Below the pieces are notes generated by a model that worked only from the letters and a program-made list of their open reading frames with translations, did no database searches and was not told where the DNA came from. Below are positions 47,345-57,429 of a stretch of 64,000 nt of DNA, piece after piece (the stretch's first letter is position 1; every line of letters begins with the position of its first letter). A program made the translations under genes and the position numbers. The stretch spans positions 75,119-139,118 of the forward strand of contig CAZZKV010000002.1 in assembly GCA_964654665.1 (NCBI GenBank). Reading direction: 5' to 3'. The stretch comes from an uncultured Caulobacterales bacterium. GTDB taxonomy: Bacteria; Pseudomonadota; Alphaproteobacteria; Caulobacterales; Maricaulaceae.

Positions 47345-49846
47345 TTAATTTATCAAAGGGACCGGATCGAGTGTTTGCCCGTTTTGACGAATTTCAAAAT
47401 GCAAATGCGGCCCTGTTGACTGTCCCGTCGACCCGACGCGGCCAATAAGCTCACCCGCTTGCACCTGTTGCCCGGCCTTAACAACAAAACTATCCATATG
47501 GGCATAAAGTGTCTGATATCCACTGGCATGTTTAAGAATAATACGGTTTCCCCATTTCGGATCTGTTGTCGCCTTCAAAACCACCCCATCCGCACTCGCA
47601 CGGATGGGGGATCCGGTCTGTGCCCCGTAATCGATACCTTGATGTTTTTTTGGCCATAATGACCCCTTAAGACCATATTTCGCACTAATTTTTTGGTTCA
47701 GAACCGGCCGCTGAAAATGCAATGAATGAGCATTTGTTTTGATAGGCTCATACCCAGAACCATAAGTCGATTGCCGATCAGTTTGCGGATAATAGCCCGG
47801 CTGTTCAGAAGGCGATACATTATGAGGCTGGTTATTATTCTGAACCCGTTCATCATGCACGGGGCCCTGCAATTGAGGTGATATCCGCGTTTTCGACTTT
47901 AATTTGGCTTTGGATCTGGATCCGGATTTGGATATAATATGCATTGAATCCGGTTTAAAGATAGCCTTGGATAAATCCGTTTTTTTAATCCCTAAGTCTG
48001 AGAAAATGCGGCAATATCTGCCATCTGTATCCGCTGGCAAAGCAACCCCATTAGCCGTCCATTTATTATCGTTATAGCGCATAATAACGGTTTGCCCGCG
48101 CGATGTTATAAGGCCATCTTTGAGCAAATGATCATATAGCATAGCCCGCACTATATCCTGATTGGTATGTATGGCTTGGTTATGGCTATGGCGTTGCGAT
48201 CCCTGCCGTGAGTGTTCACGCAATCGTTCAGCATGATCTTGGGCGCGTTCGCGTCTTTTTTCAACTTTTTCGCGTCGGGCTTCCTCAAGCTCTACTGCGC
48301 GTTCGCGTCTTTCTTGAGCGCGTTCACGTTTGACTTCGGCAATCTCTTCGGCCCGCTCTCGGCGATATTCTTCGCGTTCAAACGCTATCTCAGATCGTTC
48401 TCTTTCACTTTCAAAACGATCTAGCATATGTTCGGCTTGGCGTTCTGCACGATCCATAGCCTTTTCTATGCGGTTTCGTTTCCACTCATCCACATGCTCA
48501 TTCTCGGATAGGTATCGTTCCAAATCCGCTTCAAAATATTCCATATCGATTTCGAATTGTGCCATTTTCGTATCGAAGTTATCGTTAAAAATATCACCCT
48601 GAGTAAATTTTGGCGGCGTCGGAGGTTGCGGCGGTTGCGGCAGGGAGACAGGCAAGTCTTTTATTACATCCAAAGATCGCTCTATATTGTGCCAAGAGCC
48701 ATCTTTTAAAACCCAACGGCGGCCATCTTCGGTAATTTTCACGGTAACAGCCCGGCCATTTAACCGCTGTGTTTCAAATCTATATTTTTGTTTATCCGTA
48801 TGGCTGTCGACATGTTCAGTAGACTTTGGGTGCGCATTGGCAGCCGATGTTGTAGATAAATAAACTCCGCCAATAAGAAAAGTTGCCATAAGCGGCATTA
48901 AAAGATGTTCAGGGCGGCGTTGATGCTCCACAGATCCAACAAGACGTTTTAATCGATCCATTAAAGGGGAATTCCCATCATCTGCAGCCATTGCAAAACT
49001 ATGACCCGATGTATGTAATCTCAAAGCCGCCAAGCCGCGGACTAAAGACTGCGGATCTTGCGTTTGCGCGACAGCCAAATCATCACAGGCCTGTTCACGA
49101 TCAATATCTATTTTTCTCGAAATATAGTGGATAGCTGGATGAAAAAAGAGCACTGTCTTAATTGCTGTCTGCAATAAATTAATTAAATAGTCATAACGGC
49201 GAATATGCGCTAATTCATGCAGTAATATTGCCTCAACTTGATCTTGCGGTAGCCCCATAAGGAACCCAGTAGGTACCAAAACAATCGGTTTAACAAATCC
49301 TATAGTCAGCGGACCGGAAACATGGGTTGAGACAAATAACCTTACGGATTTTGGCACTCCTGTCTTGAGTATCAAGCCTCGAAATTTTTCCTGCCAAAAA
49401 ACGGGACCCTCACTTAATCCCTGGTATCGTAATTTTTGCGTCAAAGTATAAGCCGTAAAATAACGTATTGCCATAAATGAAAACCCGAAGCACCATAAAA
49501 GCCCAATCATTGGCGCTGTGGCCGCCGCAGATAATGATAAATTTTGCGATGTGGCATAAAAACTGTCAGATGATCCCGTGAGAATAACTGCCGCTTGCGA
49601 AAGAGTTTGGGCTGCCGGAATTGACTTTAGCCCGGCAGAGGCTTCGCCACCACTCTGATAAAAATTGAAGGTGATCAGAAAAGCAACGAAGCAAGCCAGC
49701 AAACTTAAAAATTGAACGATATAACGCAGAGACGGAGAACGCTTTTTTGCAAAAGTTCTAAAAACCATCACGATAATCATCGCGAGGCTGCCTTGCCAAA
49801 GGCTATGCAATAAGGCCCATCCTAAACTATCAAAAACCTGCGTCAT
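47345..49846 (-). CDS. BlaR1-type M56 peptidase/signal transducer fused to a C-terminal M23 (LytM) peptidase domain
   Basis: M56 signature: SLWQG N-terminus and HELAHIRRYD. Pro-rich linker PQPPQPPTPP, then a highly charged E/R-rich segment. M23 motifs are HQGIDYGA and GSTGQSTGPHLHFEIRQNG. Strong GGAGG SD at ATG 49846. Confidence 0.85.
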   Translation of the reverse strand: MTQVFDSLGWALLHSLWQGSLAMIIVMVFRTFAKKRSPSLRYIVQFLSLLACFVAFLITFNFYQSGGEASAGLKSIPAAQTLSQAAVILTGSSDSFYATSQNLSLSAAATAPMIGLLWCFGFSFMAIRYFTAYTLTQKLRYQGLSEGPVFWQEKFRGLILKTGVPKSVRLFVSTHVSGPLTIGFVKPIVLVPTGFLMGLPQDQVEAILLHELAHIRRYDYLINLLQTAIKTVLFFHPAIHYISRKIDIDREQACDDLAVAQTQDPQSLVRGLAALRLHTSGHSFAMAADDGNSPLMDRLKRLVGSVEHQRRPEHLLMPLMATFLIGGVYLSTTSAANAHPKSTEHVDSHTDKQKYRFETQRLNGRAVTVKITEDGRRWVLKDGSWHNIERSLDVIKDLPVSLPQPPQPPTPPKFTQGDIFNDNFDTKMAQFEIDMEYFEADLERYLSENEHVDEWKRNRIEKAMDRAERQAEHMLDRFESERERSEIAFEREEYRRERAEEIAEVKRERAQERRERAVELEEARREKVEKRRERAQDHAERLREHSRQGSQRHSHNQAIHTNQDIVRAMLYDHLLKDGLITSRGQTVIMRYNDNKWTANGVALPADTDGRYCRIFSDLGIKKTDLSKAIFKPDSMHIISKSGSRSKAKLKSKTRISPQLQGPVHDERVQNNNQPHNVSPSEQPGYYPQTDRQSTYGSGYEPIKTNAHSLHFQRPVLNQKISAKYGLKGSLWPKKHQGIDYGAQTGSPIRASADGVVLKATTDPKWGNRIILKHASGYQTLYAHMDSFVVKAGQQVQAGELIGRVGSTGQSTGPHLHFEIRQNGQTLDPVPLIN

Positions 49847-49883
49847 TCTCGCCTCCTTCCGCATGTACCCCCTGGCACAGGGT

Positions 49884-50267
49884 TTAGTCTTTATCGTCCA
49901 TATCCCGCAGGAATTGTTTTATTTTTTCCAATTCAGCTTCGCTCGGTGACGACTTCCCCAAAGCATGCATAACAAGGTCTGACACCGAGTTACTAAAAGT
50001 GGTTTCAACAAAGCGATTGAATAAATGGGATTTCGTCTCATCTTCTGAAACAATAGCCCGATAATTATAGGATTTACCCGCACCCGGATCGCGGGCAACA
50101 AACCCTTTATCAAACATACGCTGAATTTGCTTGAGCGTGGTTGTATACCCAACATCTTTTTGTACGCTTAAAACATCATGGATCATTTTGACGCTGCAAG
50201 GCTGATGTTGCCACAGAACATTTAAAATCGCGGTTTCCGCCGCAGAAGGTTTAACGCGATGTTTCAT
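49884..50267 (-). CDS. blaI: BlaI/MecI/CopY-family transcriptional repressor
   Basis: Winged-helix N-terminus (AETAILNVLWQHQPCSVKMIHDVL...GYTTTLKQIQRMFDKGFV). About 127 aa. Directly upstream of the M56 gene. Confidence 0.88.
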   Translation of the reverse strand: MKHRVKPSAAETAILNVLWQHQPCSVKMIHDVLSVQKDVGYTTTLKQIQRMFDKGFVARDPGAGKSYNYRAIVSEDETKSHLFNRFVETTFSNSVSDLVMHALGKSSPSEAELEKIKQFLRDMDDKD

Positions 50268-50280
50268 GATGACTTTTTAA

Positions 50281-50294
50281 ACGACAGGTGTCGT
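50281..50294. promoter_or_regulatory. candidate BlaI operator 1: ACGACA-GG-TGTCGT
   Basis: Perfect 6-2-6 palindrome 14 nt upstream of the blaI ATG. It matches the (T/G)ACAnnTGT(A/C) core of BlaI/CopY boxes. Confidence 0.6.
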
Positions 50295-50310
50295 TTTGTA
50301 AAGGTAAAAA

Positions 50311-50323
50311 AGACACCTGTCGT
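50311..50323. promoter_or_regulatory. candidate BlaI operator 2: AGACA-CC-TGTCGT
   Basis: Second copy of the same palindrome core, 30 bp centre to centre from operator 1. Confidence 0.55.
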
Positions 50324-50449
50324 AATTGTAATGTAAGGCTCATAGCGTTATCTATCCGCAATCGATTGCCCTTTAATAATATTGACGCATGAAGGATGAT
50401 CCGTCAGGCTATACGGATTAATAAATTGCATATTATTGTAGGACAATAC

Positions 50450-51166
50450 ATGCGCCGCGAAACAACAAATAAAATTCGCTTTGTTTTCGAAGATATACTC
50501 CCTGCCATTTTCCGTGATTCCGTTCTCTTTAAGGCTTTCGCAAAACTAATCTGGAAAGGCAATATAGACGAACTAGCCCACTTTCGCGCTCGCGCACCTT
50601 TCTTGACAGATGAAGAATATGAAACACTTTACCGAACACACCCTCGTGTTCATGAAGATACAGATAATTCCGACGCCTGTGTGGCCCAAATCATAAAAGA
50701 TGTTATCGGGGAGAGTGTGTGTGATGTTGGCTGTGGCACTGGTGTCGTTTTACACCGTATAAAAAAGGCCCGCCCCGACATAAAACGATTAATCGGGGTG
50801 GATTTTGCCATTGATGAGGCTGCCATCATTCCTGGTATTGATTATCACGCCGCGAAAATCGAAAAATTGCCCTTTAAAAATGATGAATTTGATACGGTTA
50901 TTTGCACACATGTTATCGAACATATTCTTGATTACCGTATGGCTATTGCAGAATTACGACGTATCACGAAAAAAAGGCTTATCATCATTGTGCCGCGCGA
51001 ACGTGAATACCGTTATACATTCAATGCGCATTTTAATTTTTTCCCTTATACACACAGCTTTCTTCGCGCCATGATCCCCGTACCCGATCATTATATTTGC
51101 AAAGATATAAAGCGCGATATTTACTATTACGAAACAATAGAGCCCAGAGAGCAAAAGGCCGCCTGA
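50450..51166 (+). CDS. class I SAM-dependent methyltransferase
   Basis: Motif I VCDVGCGTGVVL and motif post-I IGVDF. AGGA SD before ATG 50450 (the track start is 50396). Confidence 0.8.
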   Translation: MRRETTNKIRFVFEDILPAIFRDSVLFKAFAKLIWKGNIDELAHFRARAPFLTDEEYETLYRTHPRVHEDTDNSDACVAQIIKDVIGESVCDVGCGTGVVLHRIKKARPDIKRLIGVDFAIDEAAIIPGIDYHAAKIEKLPFKNDEFDTVICTHVIEHILDYRMAIAELRRITKKRLIIIVPREREYRYTFNAHFNFFPYTHSFLRAMIPVPDHYICKDIKRDIYYYETIEPREQKAA

Positions 51167-51522
51167 TGAAGTCTATAAACCCACCTTTGATAATGTTGCT
51201 CATCCTGACACCGTTTCTAATCGCGATAGGGCAGATTTTATTCAAAATGACGGGCGAAAAACTACACCATAACGGATCAGCGTTTCATACAGTGCTATTA
51301 GAGCCTCTTTTTATTACAGCATTAGCCATTTACGGCGGGGCCACATTACTGTGGATTTACATACTTAAAACGGCTCCATTATCCTATGCTTATAGCTTTA
51401 TGGCTCTGACCTTTGTAATTGTTCCGATTCTCGCTGTCATTATTCTGGGCGAGACCCTCGATGTAAAATTCGGAATTGGTGCGACCTTTATCATCACAGG
51501 GTTGATAATTTCTCAAACATAA
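51166..51522 (+). CDS. small 4-TM EamA/SMR-like membrane protein
   Basis: 118 aa with four hydrophobic helices. The start overlaps the methyltransferase stop (TGATG). Confidence 0.6.
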   Translation: MKSINPPLIMLLILTPFLIAIGQILFKMTGEKLHHNGSAFHTVLLEPLFITALAIYGGATLLWIYILKTAPLSYAYSFMALTFVIVPILAVIILGETLDVKFGIGATFIITGLIISQT

Positions 51523-51576
51523 TCCCGTCTGTTTTACATTTCCCTTATCAAAAGACCATGATATAGGGCGGGCGCT

Positions 51577-52770
51577 ATGGCCACCACCCTTGTTAATACA
51601 ATCCCGCATACGGACACCCAATCAAATAAGTTGCGTCTCGTCGGACTGGGCCGTGATGCGATTAAGACCGCTTTGGCCGAACAGGCGACGGATTTGGGGA
51701 TAGAACCGAAGAAACTTGGGATGCGCACAAAGCAAATTTTCCACTGGATCTATAATTACGGAGTTACAGATTGGTCCCAAATGAGTAATATTGGGAAAGA
51801 CTTACGCGAAAAATTGGCCCATCGGTTTTCGCTTGAACGCCCCGTTATTATCGAGAGGCAAATCAGTGTTGATGGCACACGAAAATATCTTATCCGCATG
51901 TCTCCGGGCATAGAAGTCGAAAGTGTTTTCATCCCAGACGTTTCAAAAACCGGAGCATTATGTGTTTCCTCTCAGGTTGGTTGCACACTGACTTGCAAAT
52001 TTTGCCACACAGGCACGCAACGGCTTGTTCGCAATTTAACGGCCCAAGAAATCGTCTTGCAAGTTATAGCGGCCCGCGATGATCTGAACGAATGGCCAAC
52101 AACCCAAGAAAACCGAAAGCTAACGAATATCGTTTTCATGGGTATGGGCGAACCGCTTTATAATACTGATAATGTCGGTGATAGTCTTGATATCATTTGT
52201 GATCCGGAAGGCCTTGGAATTGGCCGGCGCAGAATTACGGTATCGACATCGGGCGTTGTACCGGAAATCGGACCTATGGGTACGCGCACAAAAGCTATGC
52301 TTGCCATTTCTCTTCACGCGGCCAATGATGAATTACGAGAACAGATTATGCCCATTAACCGCAAATACCCTCTCAAGGACCTCATGCAGGCTTGCCGGGA
52401 TTATCCGGGCTTGTCCAATTCAAGGCGGATAACATTTGAATATGTTATGCTGAAAAATATTAATGATCAACCATGGCACGCCAAGCAGCTTATCAAGCTG
52501 CTGCGCGGCATCCCAGCGAAAGTCAATTTGATTCCGTTTAATCCATGGCCCGGTAGCAAATATGAGTGTTCGGATTGGGATGTGATTGAAAACTTTGCCG
52601 ATATGATCAATCGAGCCGGTTATGCATCTCCTATACGCACGCCCCGCGGGCGTGATATTTTAGCGGCTTGTGGACAATTAAAATCTGAATCGGAAAAAAT
52701 ACGCGCCAGCGCTCTACGCCAACATGCAAAACACGGTGAACAATTATCATCGACAATCACTGACTCATAA
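51577..52770 (+). CDS. rlmN: 23S rRNA (adenine2503-C2)/tRNA methyltransferase, radical SAM
   Basis: [18 protein letters not shown] radical-SAM cluster, GMGEPL, the C-terminal AACGQL motif, and full-length RlmN-like sequence. Confidence 0.93.
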   Translation: MATTLVNTIPHTDTQSNKLRLVGLGRDAIKTALAEQATDLGIEPKKLGMRTKQIFHWIYNYGVTDWSQMSNIGKDLREKLAHRFSLERPVIIERQISVDGTRKYLIRMSPGIEVESVFIPDVSKTGALCVSSQVGCTLTCKFCHTGTQRLVRNLTAQEIVLQVIAARDDLNEWPTTQENRKLTNIVFMGMGEPLYNTDNVGDSLDIICDPEGLGIGRRRITVSTSGVVPEIGPMGTRTKAMLAISLHAANDELREQIMPINRKYPLKDLMQACRDYPGLSNSRRITFEYVMLKNINDQPWHAKQLIKLLRGIPAKVNLIPFNPWPGSKYECSDWDVIENFADMINRAGYASPIRTPRGRDILAACGQLKSESEKIRASALRQHAKHGEQLSSTITDS

Positions 52771-52871
52771 CCTAAATGATTGGCGTGCAATCAACGAAAA
52801 ATTGTCGATAAGGCATTTAACATTATGCTTGAGAGGTGGGGTTCTAAAGCAAAACAGAGAAAGTCATCCCT

Positions 52872-53285
52872 ATGGGACAAGCCCTGAATAGCCTAGCAAG
52901 CGGTTTTCCATATTTGATATTTTACCTCCTTGTTGTCACCTTTATCTATCTGGTCGGAATTTTCATATATACCGCCCTGACCCCGCATAAAGAATTCAAA
53001 TTAATTTCCGATGGAAATATGGCCGCAGCCGTTTCTTTCTCCGCTCTTATTATTGGCCTCGCTCTCCCATTAGCGGCCTGTCTTATCAATAAGTTTGGAC
53101 TTATTGATGTTGCGATATGGGGCACGGTCAGTTTATTTCTCCAACTTTTTTTATTCCGCCTTACGGATGCTATTTTTCGGGATATGCCGCGCCGGATAGA
53201 AAAGGGTGAAGTTCCCGCGGCCACCGTTCTGGCGTCCTTTAAAATCGCAGGGTCCATCCTGTTGGCTGTCGCAATAGCCGGATAA
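52872..53285 (+). CDS. DUF350 membrane protein
   Basis: About 137 aa and 4 TM. LTPHKEFKLISDGNMAAAVSFSALIIGLA is typical of DUF350. Confidence 0.7.
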   Translation: MGQALNSLASGFPYLIFYLLVVTFIYLVGIFIYTALTPHKEFKLISDGNMAAAVSFSALIIGLALPLAACLINKFGLIDVAIWGTVSLFLQLFLFRLTDAIFRDMPRRIEKGEVPAATVLASFKIAGSILLAVAIAG

Positions 53286-53289
53286 AACC

Positions 53290-54087
53290 ATGCGGTTTCG
53301 TATTCCCGATTGGCTTATTTATATTACAATAGTCTTTCTCATTTATATTCATGCCATCCGCGGCCAAGACCGTATTATTACCCCGCCACCACCACCTGAC
53401 CTCGGTCCGCTATTACCCTCGGCTTCCCCACAGGATAAAAGCATTATTCTCAAAATACAGAACCCCGCATCTGGTATTGGAACCGCATTTGCCATTAATA
53501 ATAAAGGGGCATGGCTAACAGCCCGCCATGTTGTTGATAGCTGTGATCGTATCGGATTGCGCGTAGCAGGCAATCAATCTATCAAAGTCGATGCGCAAAT
53601 TTCAACTCAGGCAGATTTAGCCATTTTGACAACCAAATGGCGGCGTCCACCATTAGCAACCGATCTGACCTCTAACCGGCGTATAGGTGAATATGGATAT
53701 TTTTTTGGGTTTCCTCAGGGAAAGCCCGGCGAGGTTGTCGGAGAGCTTTTAGCCCGCAACCGGATGATTGTCCGGGGCCGTTACCGGACAAAAGAAGCCA
53801 TTCTAGCCTGGACAGAGGTTGGCCGAACAACAGGGCTTTTCGGGTCATTGGGTGGCTTATCTGGTGGGCCTGTTCTTGATAAGGACGGGGAAGTGATCGG
53901 TATTGTAGCCGCCGAAAGTCCGCGGCGCGGCCGTATTTATTCTGTCGCTCCCAGCAGTCTATTAAACGTTCTTGGTCGTGACAATGGTGCCGCGCGCCAA
54001 GCTATTTCATCAGAAACCTATGGGTTACAAGCGGATCAAATGCGGCGAGACCGCCGTATCGCTCAAGTCATTTGTATCGTTAGCTAA
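53290..54087 (+). CDS. trypsin-like (S1) serine protease, exported/anchored
   Basis: N-terminal hydrophobic segment. His region GTAFAINNKGAWLTARHVV. Ser region GGLSGGPVLDKDGEVIGIV. Confidence 0.75.
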   Translation: MRFRIPDWLIYITIVFLIYIHAIRGQDRIITPPPPPDLGPLLPSASPQDKSIILKIQNPASGIGTAFAINNKGAWLTARHVVDSCDRIGLRVAGNQSIKVDAQISTQADLAILTTKWRRPPLATDLTSNRRIGEYGYFFGFPQGKPGEVVGELLARNRMIVRGRYRTKEAILAWTEVGRTTGLFGSLGGLSGGPVLDKDGEVIGIVAAESPRRGRIYSVAPSSLLNVLGRDNGAARQAISSETYGLQADQMRRDRRIAQVICIVS

Positions 54088-54105
54088 TCTCGCTTAAACT
54101 CTGTT

Positions 54106-54804
54106 ATGGGCTTCATTATCCGAGTTTTTCTTTTTCTTGTAATCCTTTGCACACTTGGCTTTGGTTTTAATCAATTCGTACCCGCACAGCATTTATTCTG
54201 GCGAAACCTAAATCCTGAAGCCCCGATTGGAATAGCAACCAGAACACAATTATTTCGGTTGTCTCTATCACCCTCTAAAAGCTGTATGACTATGGCACGG
54301 GATATTGCCTCACTGTCATCGGTTCCCGCCCGGCCAAAATCCGAGACTCATAAATGTGGATGGACAGTGGCCCGATATGTATCGGCTGCAGGAAATATTT
54401 CATTGTTTCCGGGCGAAGCGACAATGCAATGTCCATTGTCTATTGGTGGATATATCTGGCTTAAGGCCGTCGATGAAACAGCGCAAGACTGGCTTGGGTC
54501 TCCTCTGACAAGTGTTTACCATGCTGGCACATATGCATGCCGACGCCAACGCGGTAATAATTCTGGCGCATGGAGCGAACATGCCTTTGCCAATGCTTGG
54601 GACATCACCGGTTTTGGCCTTGCCGATGGACGGGTGATTTCTGTTCTCAATGACTGGGATGGAGACACCGCAAAACAGCGGTTTTTGCGCGAGGTCCGTC
54701 GTGAGGCCTGCAAAATCTTCCGCGTCACTTTATCACCCGATTATAACGCAGCCCATAAAGATCATTTTCACCTCGACATGGGGCCAGCAACTGCTTGTCG
54801 TTAA
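54106..54804 (+). CDS. extensin-like C-terminal domain protein
   Basis: CPLSIGGYIWL, SEHAFANAWDITGFGLADGRVISVLNDW, PDYNAAHKDHFHLD. This matches the alphaproteobacterial extensin-like family pattern. Confidence 0.75.
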   Translation: MGFIIRVFLFLVILCTLGFGFNQFVPAQHLFWRNLNPEAPIGIATRTQLFRLSLSPSKSCMTMARDIASLSSVPARPKSETHKCGWTVARYVSAAGNISLFPGEATMQCPLSIGGYIWLKAVDETAQDWLGSPLTSVYHAGTYACRRQRGNNSGAWSEHAFANAWDITGFGLADGRVISVLNDWDGDTAKQRFLREVRREACKIFRVTLSPDYNAAHKDHFHLDMGPATACR

Positions 54805-54845
54805 AAGGACAGACGAGGTCTATACTGACACCGCTATAAACGGCC

Positions 54846-56132
54846 TTAACTCCACATTTGCCAACGCGGCACAACCATCAGAAATGTGAAAAAACTCGTC
54901 GATTTTATGCCGGAAATAGGGTTATTAGGCCAAGCCGATGGCAAACCATCATTTATAAAAACGCCTGCATCATTATTAAAGAGATAAGTGCCGCTAGCTG
55001 TACTGCGAATATCGCTGCTGGCTCCCGAACTATGCGGCGTGAAATGACAATTCCCTGGCGTCATCGCCCGAATATAGCGCACGCCTACCCCAGTTCCATT
55101 CGTACCCAAGGCCCCAGCATACCAACCCGGCTCTAATGTAACCGGTACGGACATATCCAAAATTTTATTAGATGCCACATCGCTAGGCTGCACACCAAAA
55201 TCCGTAATTCTTTCTCCAATATCCCATCCAGAGCCATTTGCCGTTCCTAGACGGTAAATTCCGCAGCGCAAAACAGAGCCCGTTGATCCGGGATTATATA
55301 CCGAAACCATTGCACCTGTTAAAACCGTTGGGCGGTCTACAAAAAAAGCACAAAAATACATCCGGTTTTTTGTTAATGTTTGCGACCCCCTTGCATAAGC
55401 AACAGTGACGAGGTTTGGCGGGCCATAAACCTCGGATGGACCGCCCGCAGATGATTCAGCAGTCAACATTTGATCGCGGCTGTGACCGGCTGGAAATGCC
55501 ACATCGGCAGTTAATTTGTTAACAACAAGCGCATCATGAAAGACGCTGCCATCAGCACTTGTTTTAATATGGAAATCATCCTTACCTGTCAGGCCCATTT
55601 CGGCCTGTCCTACAAACCCATCTTGGAATAAAAGGCTGGCTGTATCCGCTTCTGTTTGTTTGTTTATTTTAAGCTGATGACCTGCTCCATCATGATTAAA
55701 AAGACTCGCAGGGCTGTTGATTGAAAGCCTGTTATTTATATCCGCTGTCGCATTCACACCAATAAACGGCGCGGGGTTAAGGCTTGGTGCGTCATCTTGC
55801 GCGCTCCAATTCGTTCCGTCAAAAACAACATTAGAGCCTATGGCTTGATTATAGGCATGCCAGCCTGACAAAGGTTTAAAAAATGCCCAAGCCCCATCTT
55901 GAAAAGCAGCAATATTCCCGGCGTGAGAAACAAACTCTCCAGATGGATCAGACCCTATAATAAGGCGCTGTCCTTCAATGGGGGTATCAGGCGGCGCATC
56001 AAAAATTCCTGAAACCGTAAGCTGAACCAAAGCATCAAGACCGCGAATAGCTTCATTATGGGTAACATGTTTCTGGGCTTGTGCGGGCGCAATATAAGGT
56101 AAGCCGAGATTGGGAGATATAAAATCATCCAT
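54846..56132 (-). CDS. DUF2793-type protein (fibre/beta-sandwich-like)
   Basis: N-terminus NLGLPYIAPAQAQKHVTHNEAIRGLDALV matches my recollection of the DUF2793 signature. The remainder is Gly/Asn/Ser-rich. Confidence 0.65.
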   Translation of the reverse strand: MDDFISPNLGLPYIAPAQAQKHVTHNEAIRGLDALVQLTVSGIFDAPPDTPIEGQRLIIGSDPSGEFVSHAGNIAAFQDGAWAFFKPLSGWHAYNQAIGSNVVFDGTNWSAQDDAPSLNPAPFIGVNATADINNRLSINSPASLFNHDGAGHQLKINKQTEADTASLLFQDGFVGQAEMGLTGKDDFHIKTSADGSVFHDALVVNKLTADVAFPAGHSRDQMLTAESSAGGPSEVYGPPNLVTVAYARGSQTLTKNRMYFCAFFVDRPTVLTGAMVSVYNPGSTGSVLRCGIYRLGTANGSGWDIGERITDFGVQPSDVASNKILDMSVPVTLEPGWYAGALGTNGTGVGVRYIRAMTPGNCHFTPHSSGASSDIRSTASGTYLFNNDAGVFINDGLPSAWPNNPISGIKSTSFFTFLMVVPRWQMWS

Positions 56133-56169
56133 AAAAAAATCCTTAAAACCAAGTGATGGCCTTAAGGAT
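56133..56169 (-). terminator. hairpin plus T7 run downstream of sqdB, abutting the DUF2793 start codon
   Basis: On the - strand: ATCCTTAAGG...TTAAGGAT followed by TTTTTTT, and then immediately ATG (56132). Confidence 0.5.
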
Positions 56170-56221
56170 ACTCTCTTTAAATAAAGCGGGGATAGAGTTT
56201 TACAAAACTCTAGTCACGCCT

Positions 56222-57373
56222 TTATTTATTCCATTTTACACGCGGCATAATCCGGTCATGGGAAATACCATCCTTATGTTTAATGATGCGCTCCAGCATA
56301 TTCACGAGAACGGCCTCGGTCATGAAATTAGGCTTCAACCCCATATCCAACAACCCTGTATGGGCCGCATTATAATAATGGCCTTCGGCTTCTTTACGAG
56401 GATTGGGAATTGATTTGACGGCAACATCAATCCCTATCTGTTTACCGGCGTTTTGAACGCGTTCCGCCAGTTCATTGACTGTAAATTGTTCTGTAAATTG
56501 GTTGAAGATTTTAAGTTCACCCTGAGCCGCTGGATTCGCCGCAGCCAAATCAATACATTGCAATGTATCTTTAAGGTTCAAATAACCCCGCGTTTGGCCA
56601 CCCTTACCATAAACGGTCAAAGGAATCCCCGCCACAGCCTGAACAAGGAATCGATTAACAACTGTCCCGAAAATATCATCATAATGGAAATTTGGGCCCA
56701 AGCGGTCATTCATATCCGCTTCGGCTGTCTGTAAGCCATAAACAGGCCCTTGCATCAAATCCGTAATGCGCAGGCCATGTGTTCGCACATAAAACCACAG
56801 CAAATCTGTATCCAGAACTTTAGTCGTGTGATAAAGGCTGCCCGCCTGGCGCGGGAACAAGAATTTATCAGATCGACCTTTATGCTCAATATTAATCCAA
56901 CCTTCTTCGATATCAATATTAGGCGTCCCATATTCACCCATAGTCCCAAGCTTCACAATATGGCAATCTGGACAATGTTGCAGCACGCCCCAGATAACGT
57001 TAAATGTCACTTTAAGGTTATTATCCAATGTCATATAGGCTTCATCAAATCCGCGCATAGAATAAGGCGCTGAGGGTTGTTCCGCATAATGGACAACCGT
57101 ATCGGGTTTCAGCCGTTCAAATAAATCCAGCGTAAAATTAGGGTCTGAAAGATCGCCAATTTCTACATCAATGCGCTTCCCCGTGGTTGCTTCAAAAATT
57201 GCCGCTCGGTCATTAAGGTCTGGCGTTTCGAATAACGCAATGGAATCCGTATCTGCCGCAATCTGGCGGCGCAAATAATTGTCTACAGCAATAACCTCAT
57301 GGCCCTTTGCGGCAAGATCCATACAGGTGGGCCATCCAAGATAACCATCAGCACCAAGAACAAGAATACGCAT
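56222..57373 (-). CDS. sqdB: UDP-sulfoquinovose synthase
   Basis: Long collinear matches to SQD1/SqdB as I recall it: GADGYLGWPT, VVHYAEQPSAPYSM, HIVKLGTMGEYGTPNIDIEEGWI, YHTTKVLD, ITDLMQGPVYG. Confidence 0.9.
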   Translation of the reverse strand: MRILVLGADGYLGWPTCMDLAAKGHEVIAVDNYLRRQIAADTDSIALFETPDLNDRAAIFEATTGKRIDVEIGDLSDPNFTLDLFERLKPDTVVHYAEQPSAPYSMRGFDEAYMTLDNNLKVTFNVIWGVLQHCPDCHIVKLGTMGEYGTPNIDIEEGWINIEHKGRSDKFLFPRQAGSLYHTTKVLDTDLLWFYVRTHGLRITDLMQGPVYGLQTAEADMNDRLGPNFHYDDIFGTVVNRFLVQAVAGIPLTVYGKGGQTRGYLNLKDTLQCIDLAAANPAAQGELKIFNQFTEQFTVNELAERVQNAGKQIGIDVAVKSIPNPRKEAEGHYYNAAHTGLLDMGLKPNFMTEAVLVNMLERIIKHKDGISHDRIMPRVKWNK

Positions 57374-57429
57374 AATAAATCCTAATTTTTAAAAGTTGTA
57401 CGATAAGAGGCCATAATACCTGAAATATC

